DNA from: Candidatus Wolframiiraptor sinensis
Lineage (GTDB): Archaea; Thermoproteota; Nitrososphaeria_A; Caldarchaeales; Wolframiiraptoraceae
Assembly (NCBI GenBank): GCA_023261815.1
Contig: JALNKA010000013.1
Coordinates: 1-29,999 of the forward strand
Direction: 5' to 3'
DNA length: 29,999 nt
The notes under the pieces were generated by a model. The model was not told the origin of the DNA. It worked only from the letters and a program-made list of their open reading frames with translations, and made no database searches. Positions 19,166-28,720 of this stretch are shown here, in pieces. Within the stretch, counting starts at the first letter, position 1. Each line of letters opens with the position of its first letter. The translations under genes were made by a program, and so were the position numbers.

Positions 19166-19531
19166 ATGGCATGCTTTCTCGTTCCCATGATCCTCGCAGT
19201 GATAACCTCGATAGTGCAGAAGATGGCTCGAGGCTTGGCCGAGAGGCTGAAGCTCTGGATCCTCAACGCGCTGTTATGGGGCGGCGCGGTCCTGCTAGCG
19301 CTCGAGCATGCATGGCACGGTGAGCTCGTCCCGTGGCCACCATTCCTGACGGCCATGTCGAATCCCGTAGACGTGCCGGTAATGTTTCATGAGATCGCCA
19401 CGATAGGGTCGGCAATGTCCATCGCCGCGGTCTCGACATGGATCGCGATTCTAGCGATAAGCCGCTACACGGCGAGAACAATGGCTCTCGAGAGCATCGA
19501 GCAGATCAAAAAACCGTATACTCCACGCTGA
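19166..19531 (+). CDS. Conserved hypothetical membrane protein (MACFLVP...LLWGG...EH.WHGE)
   Basis: Three TM segments; SD GGGGAG upstream. Confidence 0.78.
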   Translation: MACFLVPMILAVITSIVQKMARGLAERLKLWILNALLWGGAVLLALEHAWHGELVPWPPFLTAMSNPVDVPVMFHEIATIGSAMSIAAVSTWIAILAISRYTARTMALESIEQIKKPYTPR

Positions 19532-19693
19532 AATAGCAACTTATCTCTTCTTATCTCATCCTCTTATTCTTTCCTCCCGATCGCTTGCATGAAAAATGCT
19601 TGAGAAAGTTTCCCTCGCAGGGAGCTTTAAGCCGATATATACTTATTTCCACGGCGTCCGATTATTCATGGCTGCTGGAAAGGCTGGAGACTC

Positions 19694-22555
19694 ATGACGT
19701 TGCCCGATGAGGAGACCGTTCTCGGGATGCTGGCCAAGCCGGTCGCAGCCCTCTTCAAGGAGAGGTTTAAGCATCTCACAGAGCCTCAGCGTGAGGCGAT
19801 ACCGAAGATCCTCGCCGGGAAGAATCTCCTGCTGATGGCGCCGACCGGGACCGGCAAGACGGAGGCCGCCCTCCTCCCGATCCTGAGCAAGCTTCTCGTG
19901 GAGGCCAGGGCTCCGGGCATCAAGGTCATCTACATAACACCTCTCAGGGCCCTCAATAGGGACCTGCTGGAGAGGATCGAATGGTGGGCTCAGAGGCTCG
20001 ACTTGAGAACAGCCGTCAGGCATGGGGACACGGGGCCCAGGGAGAGGAGGATTCAGACGCTCGAGCCGCCGGACATACTGATAACGACGCCAGAGACTCT
20101 TCAAGTGATATTAACGGGAAGGGTCCTTAGAAATCACCTCAAAGGCGTTCGATGGGTCATAGTTGATGAGATTCATGAGCTAGCGACCGATAAGCGGGGC
20201 GCCCAGCTCTCCGTCGGCCTCGAGAGGCTGACGCGAATCACGGGAAGGGATTTTCAGAGGATAGGTCTCTCCGCGACGATCGGTGATCCCGGGACCATCG
20301 CGGAGTTCTTGGTCGGCGTCGGCAGGAGCTGCGAGATAGTCAAGGTCCCTGTCGCGAGGAGCACGAGCATAACGGTCCTCTACCCAGAGCTCGAGGACGA
20401 TGATAAGGTTCTCGCCGAGAGCATAGGCGTCTACCCGGATGTGGCCGCGAGGCTCAGGATAATCAGGGAGCTCGTCGAGTCCCACAACTCCACCCTCATC
20501 TTCACGAACACCCGGCCTCTCGCCGAGATACTGACGAACAGGTTCAGGGTTTGGGATGAGCAGATGCGCATAGGGATACATCACGGCTCGCTCTCCAAGA
20601 CCACGAGGATCTCGGCGGAGGAGGCTCTGAAGACCGGCAAGCTCGCCGGAATAGTCTGCACATCATCGCTGGAGCTCGGAATAGATGTCGGCAGAATAGA
20701 TCTGGTCATCCAGTATAATTCGCCGAGGGAGGTTACCCGGCTTATTCAGAGGGTTGGGAGGAGCGGCCACGGGGTCGGTAGAGTTGCCAAGGGCGTGGTG
20801 ATAGCGATAGACTCGGACGACGCGCTCGAGGCCATGGTGATAGCGAGGAGGGCCATGCTCGAGCAGCTCGAGGAGCCGGAGATACCGGTGAAATGCTATG
20901 ACGCGCTTATGCACCAGGTCGCCGGTCTCCTTATAGAATACGGCAGAATGAGCTTAGAGGAGGTGCTCGAGATCTTCAGAAGGTCCTACAACTATAGGGA
21001 TCTATCGGCTGAAGAGCTCAAGCAGGTCATCGAGCACATGAAGAGCCTCGGGATAGCGGATCTCAGGGATGATCAGGTGATTAAGCCCCGGAATAGCCGA
21101 AGTCTCTACGACTACTACTTCAACAACCTCTCGATGATCCCGGAGGAGAGGCAGTACGTGGTGATCGACGAATCGAGCGGCGAGCCGGTCGGAATACTCG
21201 ATGAGGAGTTCGTGGCCGAGTACGGCGAGCCCGGGACTAGGTTCATACTCATGGGGAGAGCATGGGAGATACATCACGTGGGAGGCGACAGGATCTACGT
21301 TGCGCCGCTGGATGATTATGAGGGCGCGGTGCCGAGCTGGGTCGGAGAGGAGATACCGGTTCCATACGAGGTGGCGATGGAGGTCGGGGCTCTGAGAAGA
21401 GAATATAGGGATAGGGTTCTCGGAGGTGAGCCGAAGGAGCGGGTCGCGGCGGATATCGCTGGCAAATACGGCGTCGAGGCGCAAATAGCTCTCAAGGCGT
21501 TGAGGGAGGTTGAGGCGCATCTGAGGCGCGGGATACCGGTGCCGACGGATTGTGATGTCGTGATCGAGGAGGCCGGCGAGTACGTCGTCATCCACGTCCA
21601 CGGGGGCCTGAAGGTGAATCGGACGATCCAGAGGCTGATAAGCTATCATCTCTCCGAGAAGCTCGGAGCCCCGATAAGAGCTCAGCAGGATCCATACAGG
21701 ATAGCCCTTAGATCCAGCTTGATATCGGGGGAGATGGTCTTCAGGACGATTCACGAGGTCTTGGAGGACTTCGACGAGATCCTGAGGAGGAGTATAGAGG
21801 GCTCGACGCTCTTCAAGCGAAGGCTCGTCCACGTCGCGAGGAAGATGGGCGTGATAGAGCATGAGGCGAGCTTAGTTGACGTGAACATCAATCAGCTCGC
21901 AGAGACCCTGAAGGACACGCCTGTCTACCGGGAGACGATGAACTACACGATCTTCCACGACTATGACCCGGAGAGAGCAAGAATGATTCTCAAGAGAATC
22001 GCTGAGGGCGAGCTTCGGGTTCACTTCTGGAGGTCGCCAAGCGGCGAGCCATCACCCCTCGCGAGGCTGACCCTGAGCAGGTTCGAGAGCGAGGGCGAGG
22101 TCTCAACGCCGGAGCGGATGAAGATGGTGGTGTTGATGGCGGTTCGGGGCAGGCTTCTCGGCGAGCTCTGGCTGGCCGTATGCACGGAGTGTTACGAGTA
22201 TTACGAGCAGGTGGCGGTCAGGGATCTCCCGGAGGAGCCGAAGTGCCCGGTATGCGGATCGAGGCTCATAGGCTTGACAAAGCACTCAAAGGAGGAGGTT
22301 CTGGGGCTCATCGCGAGGAAGGGCAGGCCGATAAACAGAAAGGAGCGGCGGATCATAGCCGAGCTCAAGAGAAATGCAGTCCTAGTCTCCAAGCATGGTA
22401 GAGCAGCCGCGATAGCGCTCTCCGCAAGAGGCCTGACGCTGAAGGAGATAACGAGGATACTGGAGGAGGAGCGCGGAGAATCCATGAAGCTCATAGAGCT
22501 CCTGATAGAGGCGGAGAAGAAGGTTCTCCAGAGAAGGCTCGAGGCAGGGCGCTAG
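19694..22555 (+). CDS. lhr: Lhr family ATP-dependent helicase
   Basis: APTGTGKTEA, PLRALNRD, TTPETL, DEIHE, GLSAT, HHGSLS, SSLELGID, QRVGRSGH, PSWVGE; C-terminal CTEC/CPVC zinc site. Confidence 0.93.
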   Translation: MTLPDEETVLGMLAKPVAALFKERFKHLTEPQREAIPKILAGKNLLLMAPTGTGKTEAALLPILSKLLVEARAPGIKVIYITPLRALNRDLLERIEWWAQRLDLRTAVRHGDTGPRERRIQTLEPPDILITTPETLQVILTGRVLRNHLKGVRWVIVDEIHELATDKRGAQLSVGLERLTRITGRDFQRIGLSATIGDPGTIAEFLVGVGRSCEIVKVPVARSTSITVLYPELEDDDKVLAESIGVYPDVAARLRIIRELVESHNSTLIFTNTRPLAEILTNRFRVWDEQMRIGIHHGSLSKTTRISAEEALKTGKLAGIVCTSSLELGIDVGRIDLVIQYNSPREVTRLIQRVGRSGHGVGRVAKGVVIAIDSDDALEAMVIARRAMLEQLEEPEIPVKCYDALMHQVAGLLIEYGRMSLEEVLEIFRRSYNYRDLSAEELKQVIEHMKSLGIADLRDDQVIKPRNSRSLYDYYFNNLSMIPEERQYVVIDESSGEPVGILDEEFVAEYGEPGTRFILMGRAWEIHHVGGDRIYVAPLDDYEGAVPSWVGEEIPVPYEVAMEVGALRREYRDRVLGGEPKERVAADIAGKYGVEAQIALKALREVEAHLRRGIPVPTDCDVVIEEAGEYVVIHVHGGLKVNRTIQRLISYHLSEKLGAPIRAQQDPYRIALRSSLISGEMVFRTIHEVLEDFDEILRRSIEGSTLFKRRLVHVARKMGVIEHEASLVDVNINQLAETLKDTPVYRETMNYTIFHDYDPERARMILKRIAEGELRVHFWRSPSGEPSPLARLTLSRFESEGEVSTPERMKMVVLMAVRGRLLGELWLAVCTECYEYYEQVAVRDLPEEPKCPVCGSRLIGLTKHSKEEVLGLIARKGRPINRKERRIIAELKRNAVLVSKHGRAAAIALSARGLTLKEITRILEEERGESMKLIELLIEAEKKVLQRRLEAGR

Positions 22556-25500
22556 GATCTTCCGCGAAGCTCCCTCGCGACCAGGTGGGCCACATACGCG
22601 CTCCTGGCCTCGGCCTCTAGAAGCTCGGAGAGCTTCTGAGCAAGCCTCCTCGGAACGCTCCTTAAGAACGATATTCTCGGGATCCTCCTCTTCTCCTCCT
22701 CAGCCGCATAGATGAGATCCTGGAGCCTGGTCTTCTTCTCGAGCCCCATCAGCTCCTCGAACACCTCCAGTGATACGTGCTCTCCGAGGGCCTCGGAGAT
22801 CTCACTCCCCGCCTCAATAAGCCTTCCGGATGATCTCAAGCCGTCTAGTATAACCTTGAGAGATGCCAGGCCCGACTCCTTCAACACCCCGTCTATGGCC
22901 CTCGCATCGTAGACCACGATGCTGAAGCCCTGATCTATGAGGGTGTTGAGATAAGTCAGCAGGCCCATGTGCGATTGATCGGGCTCGCCGAGCTCATAGA
23001 ATCCTGCCGATGTTAGCGCCTCCTCGCCATCGAATATCGCGACGCCGTAGAGCCCGCTCCTCAAGTCCTCTCTGAGGAGGAGGGATGCCGCCGAGATCGA
23101 TGCGAGCTTCAGCGCTCTCGATGGTCTCGGGATCGCGATGCTCCTTCCAGCCAGTTCGACCCGAAGCCTCTCCCTGAGAAGGAGGTAGTTGAGGATCTTG
23201 AGGGCCTGTCTCTTGACGAGATCCCAGTCGAGCTTTAGCGCGATGAAGCTTGAGTAGGCGAGATCATCAACCTCCTCTAGGAAGACTTCATCCAGCTCAT
23301 CCGGCACATACTTACGGGCCCTCTCGGCTAGGTCCTGCCAGTCTATTCTCGGGAGCAGCCCGGCGCTCTCGGTCTCATGCATCCCGACGACCTTCCTCTC
23401 GCCCATGATCATGACATCGTATTTTATCGTGTCGAATGCTATCCCGAGAAGCCTCCTGAGGATTATGATGAGGAATGCGAGGCCGAGCCTGAGGAGCTGG
23501 GGATCCTCATCCGAGCTGACCTCGAAGCTTATCCCGTAGGTGTAGTCGCTGTATATTCCGCTCGTCGGCGCCGGCACCTCCACGATCCTGCTCTCCCTGA
23601 TCGCTATCGTCCTGTCGCCCACGACCTTAACGTGCCTCCTATCGGATATAATCCTCCAGATGGCTCTGTTCGGTATCTTAGTGTATAGGCCGAATCCGCT
23701 GCTGGGAGCGTGGACGACGCACTTGACATCCGTGTGGATCTTGCCCGCGAAGTAATCTCCCCTCAGATCCGGTCTCTCGCCCCACCTCCACTTCGCCTTC
23801 TCGTATTCCTCGAGCACTTGGGCGAGCGAGTCATGCCTCCTCAAGACGTCCTCGCTAAGATCCTCGACATAGACCGCGGTCACCGTTCTCGAGCTCCTCC
23901 CGCCCAGCTTATGCTCCACGACGACTCCATCGCTGCTGTAGTCTATGCAGCCTATCTGGAACTTCTCCACCAGATCTACGTGCGAAATATCCTCCAGGTA
24001 TTCCTGGTCGCCGAGTCTCGAGACCCTTATGCGTTTGATGCCGTATGCGGGGGCGAACTCGTAGAAGTTCATCTTCAGCCACGTCATCTTACCTCTCCTC
24101 GTCAGCTCCCCATCATGCTCGAGCCCGAGATCCCTTAGAAGCCTCAGCTCATCCCGCGTCAGCTCATGCCTGAGCTGCGGCGAGACATACTTGAAGAGGG
24201 CCTCGAAGAGCCTTCCATAAAGGTTATCCTTATTGACAATCACCTTCTCCTGCGGGAGCTCCATCCACTTCCTGAGAGCCTCGATTCCCCTTGATAGGAG
24301 CTCGTAATCCCATGCTCCCTGCGGGATTATCACAGTCTCGGTCTCCTCCATCTCGGGCCTTCTACCCTTCCTCCCCTCACGCTGCTTGAACTCCCTGAGC
24401 GAGTCCGGGAGCCCAACGTGAACGATCCTCTTGACGAGGCCTATGTCTATCCCTTGGCTCAGAGTTCGAGGCGAGACTATGATCCTGATCCTGCCGGATC
24501 TCGCGCCCTCCTCGATCTCCTCCCTGAACCTTTTGGAGAGAAGATGGTGATGCGATGCGATGCCCGCATCCGCGCCGGCCCTGAGCCTCACCCTCCTCGC
24601 GACCTCCTCGGCCTTCGCGATATTCCTCGTGAAGACTATCGTCACGCCATCATCATCGAGGAAATGCTGGAGGATCTCGGCCACGTCGAGGGACGCGTCC
24701 GGGACCTCGATCCCAAGCCCTCGAGCTGCATCCAGCACCCTGAAGTAGTATCTCTTGAATTGATGGAAGTCATTGAGGGCTTTTTTCACGTCCTCGCCGA
24801 GCTCTCCAGCCTTATCCGCGAGCGCTCCTCTCAGCCTCTCCCAGACGGCCCTCAAGCTCTTGCCCAAGACGACGTAGACCAGGTTCCTGGGATGAAATGG
24901 CCTGCCATCAACTATCGCAGTCCTCCTGCCATTCATCGAGGTCAGGTATTCGGCGACCTCCTCCGGGTTCGCGAGGGCGGCGGTCATGAAGGTGAGTTGA
25001 ATGCCGGGGTTAGTGAGCCTCAGCAGGAGCTTGATCATGCTGAAGAGGAGTGCGATGGACCTCGGGCCATAGAAGTCGAAGTCATCTATCACGATCATCC
25101 CGGCCTTCTCGAGGAAGGGCTTGAGCAGCGACGCCTTCCCAGCGCCCATCTTCTTGAGCTCATTCAGGAGAAAGGCCGGGTTCGTTATCACTATCCTGGA
25201 CTCTGAGATCTCCCTCCTCAACCTCGGGTACCCGATGCTCTTCACGAGCTCATCCCGCTTGACAGCGTCGAGGGCCATGACCTTGAAGCCGAGGGCCGAG
25301 CCGTATTCCCGAAGCCTGCTCAGCTGATCGTTCGCGAGCGCCAGGGTCGGGTAAACCGCCAGCGCGCTCACGCCATCTAGGGCCACCTTAAGAAACCAGG
25401 CCTCGGTTTTCCCAGACCCCGTGCCGGACTTCAAGACGAGGTTCTCGCCCCTCTTAAGAGCCTCCATCGCCCTAACTTGATGAGCATAAAGCCTCTGAGA

Positions 25501-25650
25501 AGCAATCCTTCTGCAAATCGGAGAGCTCGATCTCTCTAGCTCGGGAATAAGATTGCCAAACCTGATGTCAGAGATCTCGGGAAGCTCCGGGGGGACCTCG
25601 AAGAAAAAGTAGTCGTATCCAAGCTTTTCAAGTATCTCAGCCGTCTTCAT
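22552..25650 (-). CDS. SF2 DEAD/DEAH-box helicase (Hrq1/SftH/MrfA-like) with long C-terminal extension
   Basis: LYAHQ, SGTGSGKTEA, YPTLALANDQ, TNP, motif II variant DDFD, LSQGIDIG and QREGRKGR. Start ATG 25650 or 25704. Confidence 0.88.
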   Translation of the reverse strand: MKTAEILEKLGYDYFFFEVPPELPEISDIRFGNLIPELERSSSPICRRIASQRLYAHQVRAMEALKRGENLVLKSGTGSGKTEAWFLKVALDGVSALAVYPTLALANDQLSRLREYGSALGFKVMALDAVKRDELVKSIGYPRLRREISESRIVITNPAFLLNELKKMGAGKASLLKPFLEKAGMIVIDDFDFYGPRSIALLFSMIKLLLRLTNPGIQLTFMTAALANPEEVAEYLTSMNGRRTAIVDGRPFHPRNLVYVVLGKSLRAVWERLRGALADKAGELGEDVKKALNDFHQFKRYYFRVLDAARGLGIEVPDASLDVAEILQHFLDDDGVTIVFTRNIAKAEEVARRVRLRAGADAGIASHHHLLSKRFREEIEEGARSGRIRIIVSPRTLSQGIDIGLVKRIVHVGLPDSLREFKQREGRKGRRPEMEETETVIIPQGAWDYELLSRGIEALRKWMELPQEKVIVNKDNLYGRLFEALFKYVSPQLRHELTRDELRLLRDLGLEHDGELTRRGKMTWLKMNFYEFAPAYGIKRIRVSRLGDQEYLEDISHVDLVEKFQIGCIDYSSDGVVVEHKLGGRSSRTVTAVYVEDLSEDVLRRHDSLAQVLEEYEKAKWRWGERPDLRGDYFAGKIHTDVKCVVHAPSSGFGLYTKIPNRAIWRIISDRRHVKVVGDRTIAIRESRIVEVPAPTSGIYSDYTYGISFEVSSDEDPQLLRLGLAFLIIILRRLLGIAFDTIKYDVMIMGERKVVGMHETESAGLLPRIDWQDLAERARKYVPDELDEVFLEEVDDLAYSSFIALKLDWDLVKRQALKILNYLLLRERLRVELAGRSIAIPRPSRALKLASISAASLLLREDLRSGLYGVAIFDGEEALTSAGFYELGEPDQSHMGLLTYLNTLIDQGFSIVVYDARAIDGVLKESGLASLKVILDGLRSSGRLIEAGSEISEALGEHVSLEVFEELMGLEKKTRLQDLIYAAEEEKRRIPRISFLRSVPRRLAQKLSELLEAEARSAYVAHLVARELRGRS

Positions 25651-25792
25651 CCGCTGATATTCATTAACCGAGAACCCTAATAACGGTTTACTAATCCCAT
25701 CCATCTAGATGTAACTACGGGTCCGAAAGTCCAAGCCGCCTAAAGAGGATGCTATGCGAAGATAGATATGCTTGCATGCAGAATAATTTTCC

Positions 25793-26653
25793 ATGAAGTA
25801 TGGAGTTCATTCTTGGTTGTGGACTAGCAGTTTCGTCGAAAAGGACTTGCAAATTTTGATAAGGCTCATCGGATGGGTTATGATGGCGTAGAAATAGACT
25901 TGGGCCGTCCCGAAATTCTCCCGATAAGCGGTATAAAGCGCAAGATGAGGGAAACCGGCATCAAATGTACTTTCAGCGTTGGCTTAACCAGCGATAAGAA
26001 TGTTACGAGCCCCGATCATGAAACTAGGATAAAGAGGCATTGAATATGTCAAGAAACTTATCAACATCGCATCTGATCTCGAAAGCGACGTCATCTGCGG
26101 GATTCTTTATGCAGCATGGGGCGAGTTAAGCCCTGAGGGCAGGAAGCCGGAAAAACTCGAACTCGCCAGAAAATGTGTGCTAGAAATGGCCGATTATGCT
26201 AGAGATCATGGAGTGCTTCTCGCGCTAGAGCCTGTGAATAGGTTTGAGGGCTACCTGATAAACTCTGTCGAAGAGATGATGGGTTTCATCGAGATGATGA
26301 ATCATCCCAATGTGGGAATAACTTTGGACACGTTCCACATGAACATCGAAGAAGATGATTTTTACAAATCATTCAAAATGGCTGGGAAGCTGCTTTACCA
26401 CGTACATCTCTCCGAGAACCATAGAGGCATACCTGGAACAGGACATATTCCATGAAGAGATATCTTCAAAGCATTGAAGGAGCTTAATTATGATCGCTGG
26501 GCCGTTGTCGAGGCGTGGGATATGAACGTCCTACTATCCGAGCTTGGTGAAATACCGCCGAAGATCGCCGTGTGGAGGCAGCTCGCGCCGAATGGCGATA
26601 TTTTAGCAGAAAGGGCGATAAAATTTTTCAAGGAAATTGAAAGAAGCTTGTAA
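25793..26653 (+). pseudogene. Sugar phosphate isomerase/epimerase (D-psicose/D-tagatose 3-epimerase family) pseudogene
   Basis: MKYGVHSWLW, GYDGVEI, LEPVNRFE, LDTFHMNIEE and ENHRGIPGTGHIP. Frameshifts near 25855 and 26030; TGA at 26453 replaces the conserved Trp; ends at TAA 26653. Confidence 0.88.
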
Positions 26654-26759
26654 ACTCGCTTGAACACAAAGTGCTCCTCATTGATGTAACTTTTAACTTC
26701 CATTTCGGTTGAGGAAAGCCTTATATAATGTCCGAAGTCATGCGGTTGAGGACCTGATC

Positions 26760-27176
26760 GTGTCGTCAAAGAAGCTTGAGAGGTCCGTGAAGAACAAGGT
26801 CCTCGCCGGAGTTATAGGCGGCCTCGGAGAATATCTCGGAATAGATGCAACCCTCCTCAGAATCGTCGCCATAATCCTCCTCATACTCTCGCCAGTGCTC
26901 ATGGTGATACTCTACGTCCTCGGAGTTCTACTGGTGCCGAGGGCTGGGGAGGAGAAGCCGCCGATAGCGAGCTTCGATATCTCGCAGCACGCGAGCCTGC
27001 TAGTGGGCGTGGTGCTCGTGATCATAGGAGCGGCTCTACTCGGCTCCGCTACAGCCCTAACAATATCCTGGATCTTCCAGCCGATCGGGATACTCCACGC
27101 GATTCAGGCAGCTCTAGCAGCAGTCCTAATAATAATCGGCCTGCTGATAATGCTTCCGAGCCTGAGAAAGCTCTAG
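26760..27176 (+). CDS. PspC domain-containing membrane protein
   Basis: KKLERSVKNKVLAGVIGGLGEYLGIDATLLRI signature; GTG 26760 follows a TTATATAA TATA-like box. Confidence 0.88.
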   Translation: MSSKKLERSVKNKVLAGVIGGLGEYLGIDATLLRIVAIILLILSPVLMVILYVLGVLLVPRAGEEKPPIASFDISQHASLLVGVVLVIIGAALLGSATALTISWIFQPIGILHAIQAALAAVLIIIGLLIMLPSLRKL

Positions 27177-27205
27177 CTCACGCCTCGAACAAAAATGATG
27201 GTATA

Positions 27206-27685
27206 TCATCCGCCCGGGGATCCGTGAAATGGCGCATCCCTCCATATCATGTCCCACTCGTCCTCGTATGTTATCGCCTCGGCCCTAATGATCACCTCCA
27301 GAATCTTTTTCAGCAGATCATGATGCCTCCTCTCGTCGGCTAGAATCGCGTTCAGGACGAGCTTGATCTCCTCCTCCTCGACCTTCGGCAGGATCTCCTC
27401 GATCCTCCTTATCAGCCTGGCCTCATATTCTATGTGCCTCTCGATGAGCTCCCTCTGAGCATGAAGTGACTCGTGGCTTAAGGGCGGGTGGCTTCTCGTC
27501 AGCATCATCTCAACAGCCTCATACATGTCGGCGTGCTTCATCGAGTCGTGCCCTATTCCCTTTAGGACGGTTGCGACGGCCGGGCTCTCCACGCGGGGAA
27601 GAGACTCCTCGAGCGACCTGACAATTTCCCTCTCAACCTTGATCTGCTCGCGGATGAACTCCAGAAGGCTCTTCAGAGAAGACAT
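27206..27685 (-). CDS. Ferritin-like / rubrerythrin-family diiron protein
   Basis: Paired E...DSMKH and E...DERRHH ligand motifs. Confidence 0.85.
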   Translation of the reverse strand: MSSLKSLLEFIREQIKVEREIVRSLEESLPRVESPAVATVLKGIGHDSMKHADMYEAVEMMLTRSHPPLSHESLHAQRELIERHIEYEARLIRRIEEILPKVEEEEIKLVLNAILADERRHHDLLKKILEVIIRAEAITYEDEWDMIWRDAPFHGSPGG

Positions 27686-27775
27686 GTATACCGCGCTAAG
27701 AGATTATGAGCGCCGGGATAAATGCGTTATCGCCTGACGCGACAACCTTATTATCCCCAGTGAACGTTAATCGGC

Positions 27776-28282
27776 ATGAGCGGCATTAGCTGGGATGAGC
27801 TCCTCAAGCTGATCTACTGTTGCGGGGTCTTGGAGGATCAGGTATCCGAGGCCTACAGGCACATGGCTGGGAGGGCTGAGGATCCAATCCTGAAGGCGGC
27901 GTTGAATTATATTTCGAGCGACTCGCGGAAGCACTCGGAGGCACTGAAGAATATCGCCTTGGCTCTAGGAGCGGGGATGCCGAGTCTTGATGAGTGCAAG
28001 CGGGTCGCCGGCGAGCTCTGGGCCCAGACCATGCGGGGAGTGGAGCGCGAGCTCGAGCAAACGGGCAAGCTCTCCAGAAAGGATCTGGCATTCATGATAG
28101 AATCGCTTGCGGAGCTTGAGAGCGCGGTCATGGAGGAATACCTAATGATGCTCCAAGCCGAGGCCATAAAAATGCTCCTAGAAGCCAAGCCCGAAGCCAG
28201 ACTACTCAAGATGATCATCGAGTGGATCACGGAGGACGAGAAGAGACACGCCCAGATCCTCGAGACATTAAAGATCGGATAA
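27776..28282 (+). CDS. Ferritin-like / rubrerythrin-family protein
   Basis: LE...Y...DSRKH and LE...Y...DEKRH motifs. Confidence 0.85.
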   Translation: MSGISWDELLKLIYCCGVLEDQVSEAYRHMAGRAEDPILKAALNYISSDSRKHSEALKNIALALGAGMPSLDECKRVAGELWAQTMRGVERELEQTGKLSRKDLAFMIESLAELESAVMEEYLMMLQAEAIKMLLEAKPEARLLKMIIEWITEDEKRHAQILETLKIG

Positions 28283-28374
28283 GCGCACTACATAACGAAA
28301 ATATTTCTACCGATTTTGAAGATGAGATCATCCTCACGCCAAGATCTTAGGCGAGGAAGATGCTTGCTCAGAGG

Positions 28375-28481
28375 TGGTGCGGGGGGTGGGATTCGAACCC
28401 ACGAACCCCTGCGGGAGCGGGTCACCCATTTTGCAGGGGGATCTTGAGCCCGCCGGCTTTTCCTGGCTTGCCTACCCCCGC
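28375..28481 (-). tRNA. tRNA-Leu(CAA) with a 20-nt intron at 37/38 (28423-28442); CCA encoded
   Basis: GCGGGGG/CCCCCGC-A-CCA; GCGGG-CT CAA G[intron]A-CCCGC; variable arm; GTGGG-TTCGAAT-CCCAC; CTCA/TGGG central BHB helix. Confidence 0.95.
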
Positions 28482-28542
28482 GCTCCATGAAAACGGGTTG
28501 ATCACCATCTATTATTCTTTTAAGCGTAAGATTTTTGACGTG

Positions 28543-28581
28543 AGAGGGTAAAAGGGGAAAAAGAGGGATGAAGGGAGGGGC
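28543..28581 (-). terminator. Pyrimidine/oligo-T tract, putative terminator
   Basis: Minus strand CCCCTCCCTTCATCCCTCTTTTTCCCCTTTTACCCTCTC directly after the structured segment. Confidence 0.5.
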
Positions 28582-28720
28582 TGGCGCCCGATGAGCTCTG
28601 GCGCCGAGAGGGGTGCAGGATTGGCGGGCTCATAGTCCCGCCTTCGAGGGCGGGTAGTCACCGCCGTTGTGTCCTGGCCGGCCTCCCGGCTTCACCGCTC
28701 ATCGGGCGGCCAGGACCTGC
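28581..28720 (-). ncRNA. Putative structured RNA overlapping the 3' end of the IS110-like gene
   Basis: 10-bp perfect stem (28707-28716/28671-28680), nested stem-internal loop-stem (28623-28665) and a terminal GGCGCC hairpin. Confidence 0.5.

Noticed and set aside
26453-26455. In-frame TGA as selenocysteine or recoding
   Set aside because: It replaces a conserved Trp in a gene that also has two frameshifts, and other genes here use TGA as stop.
28331-28357. Hairpin between the ferritin-like gene and the tRNA-Leu 3' end
   Set aside because: Short and imperfect; most simply a terminator or trailer structure between convergent genes.
28288-28551. ORFs 28288-28488 and 28360-28551
   Set aside because: They run across the tRNA-Leu gene.
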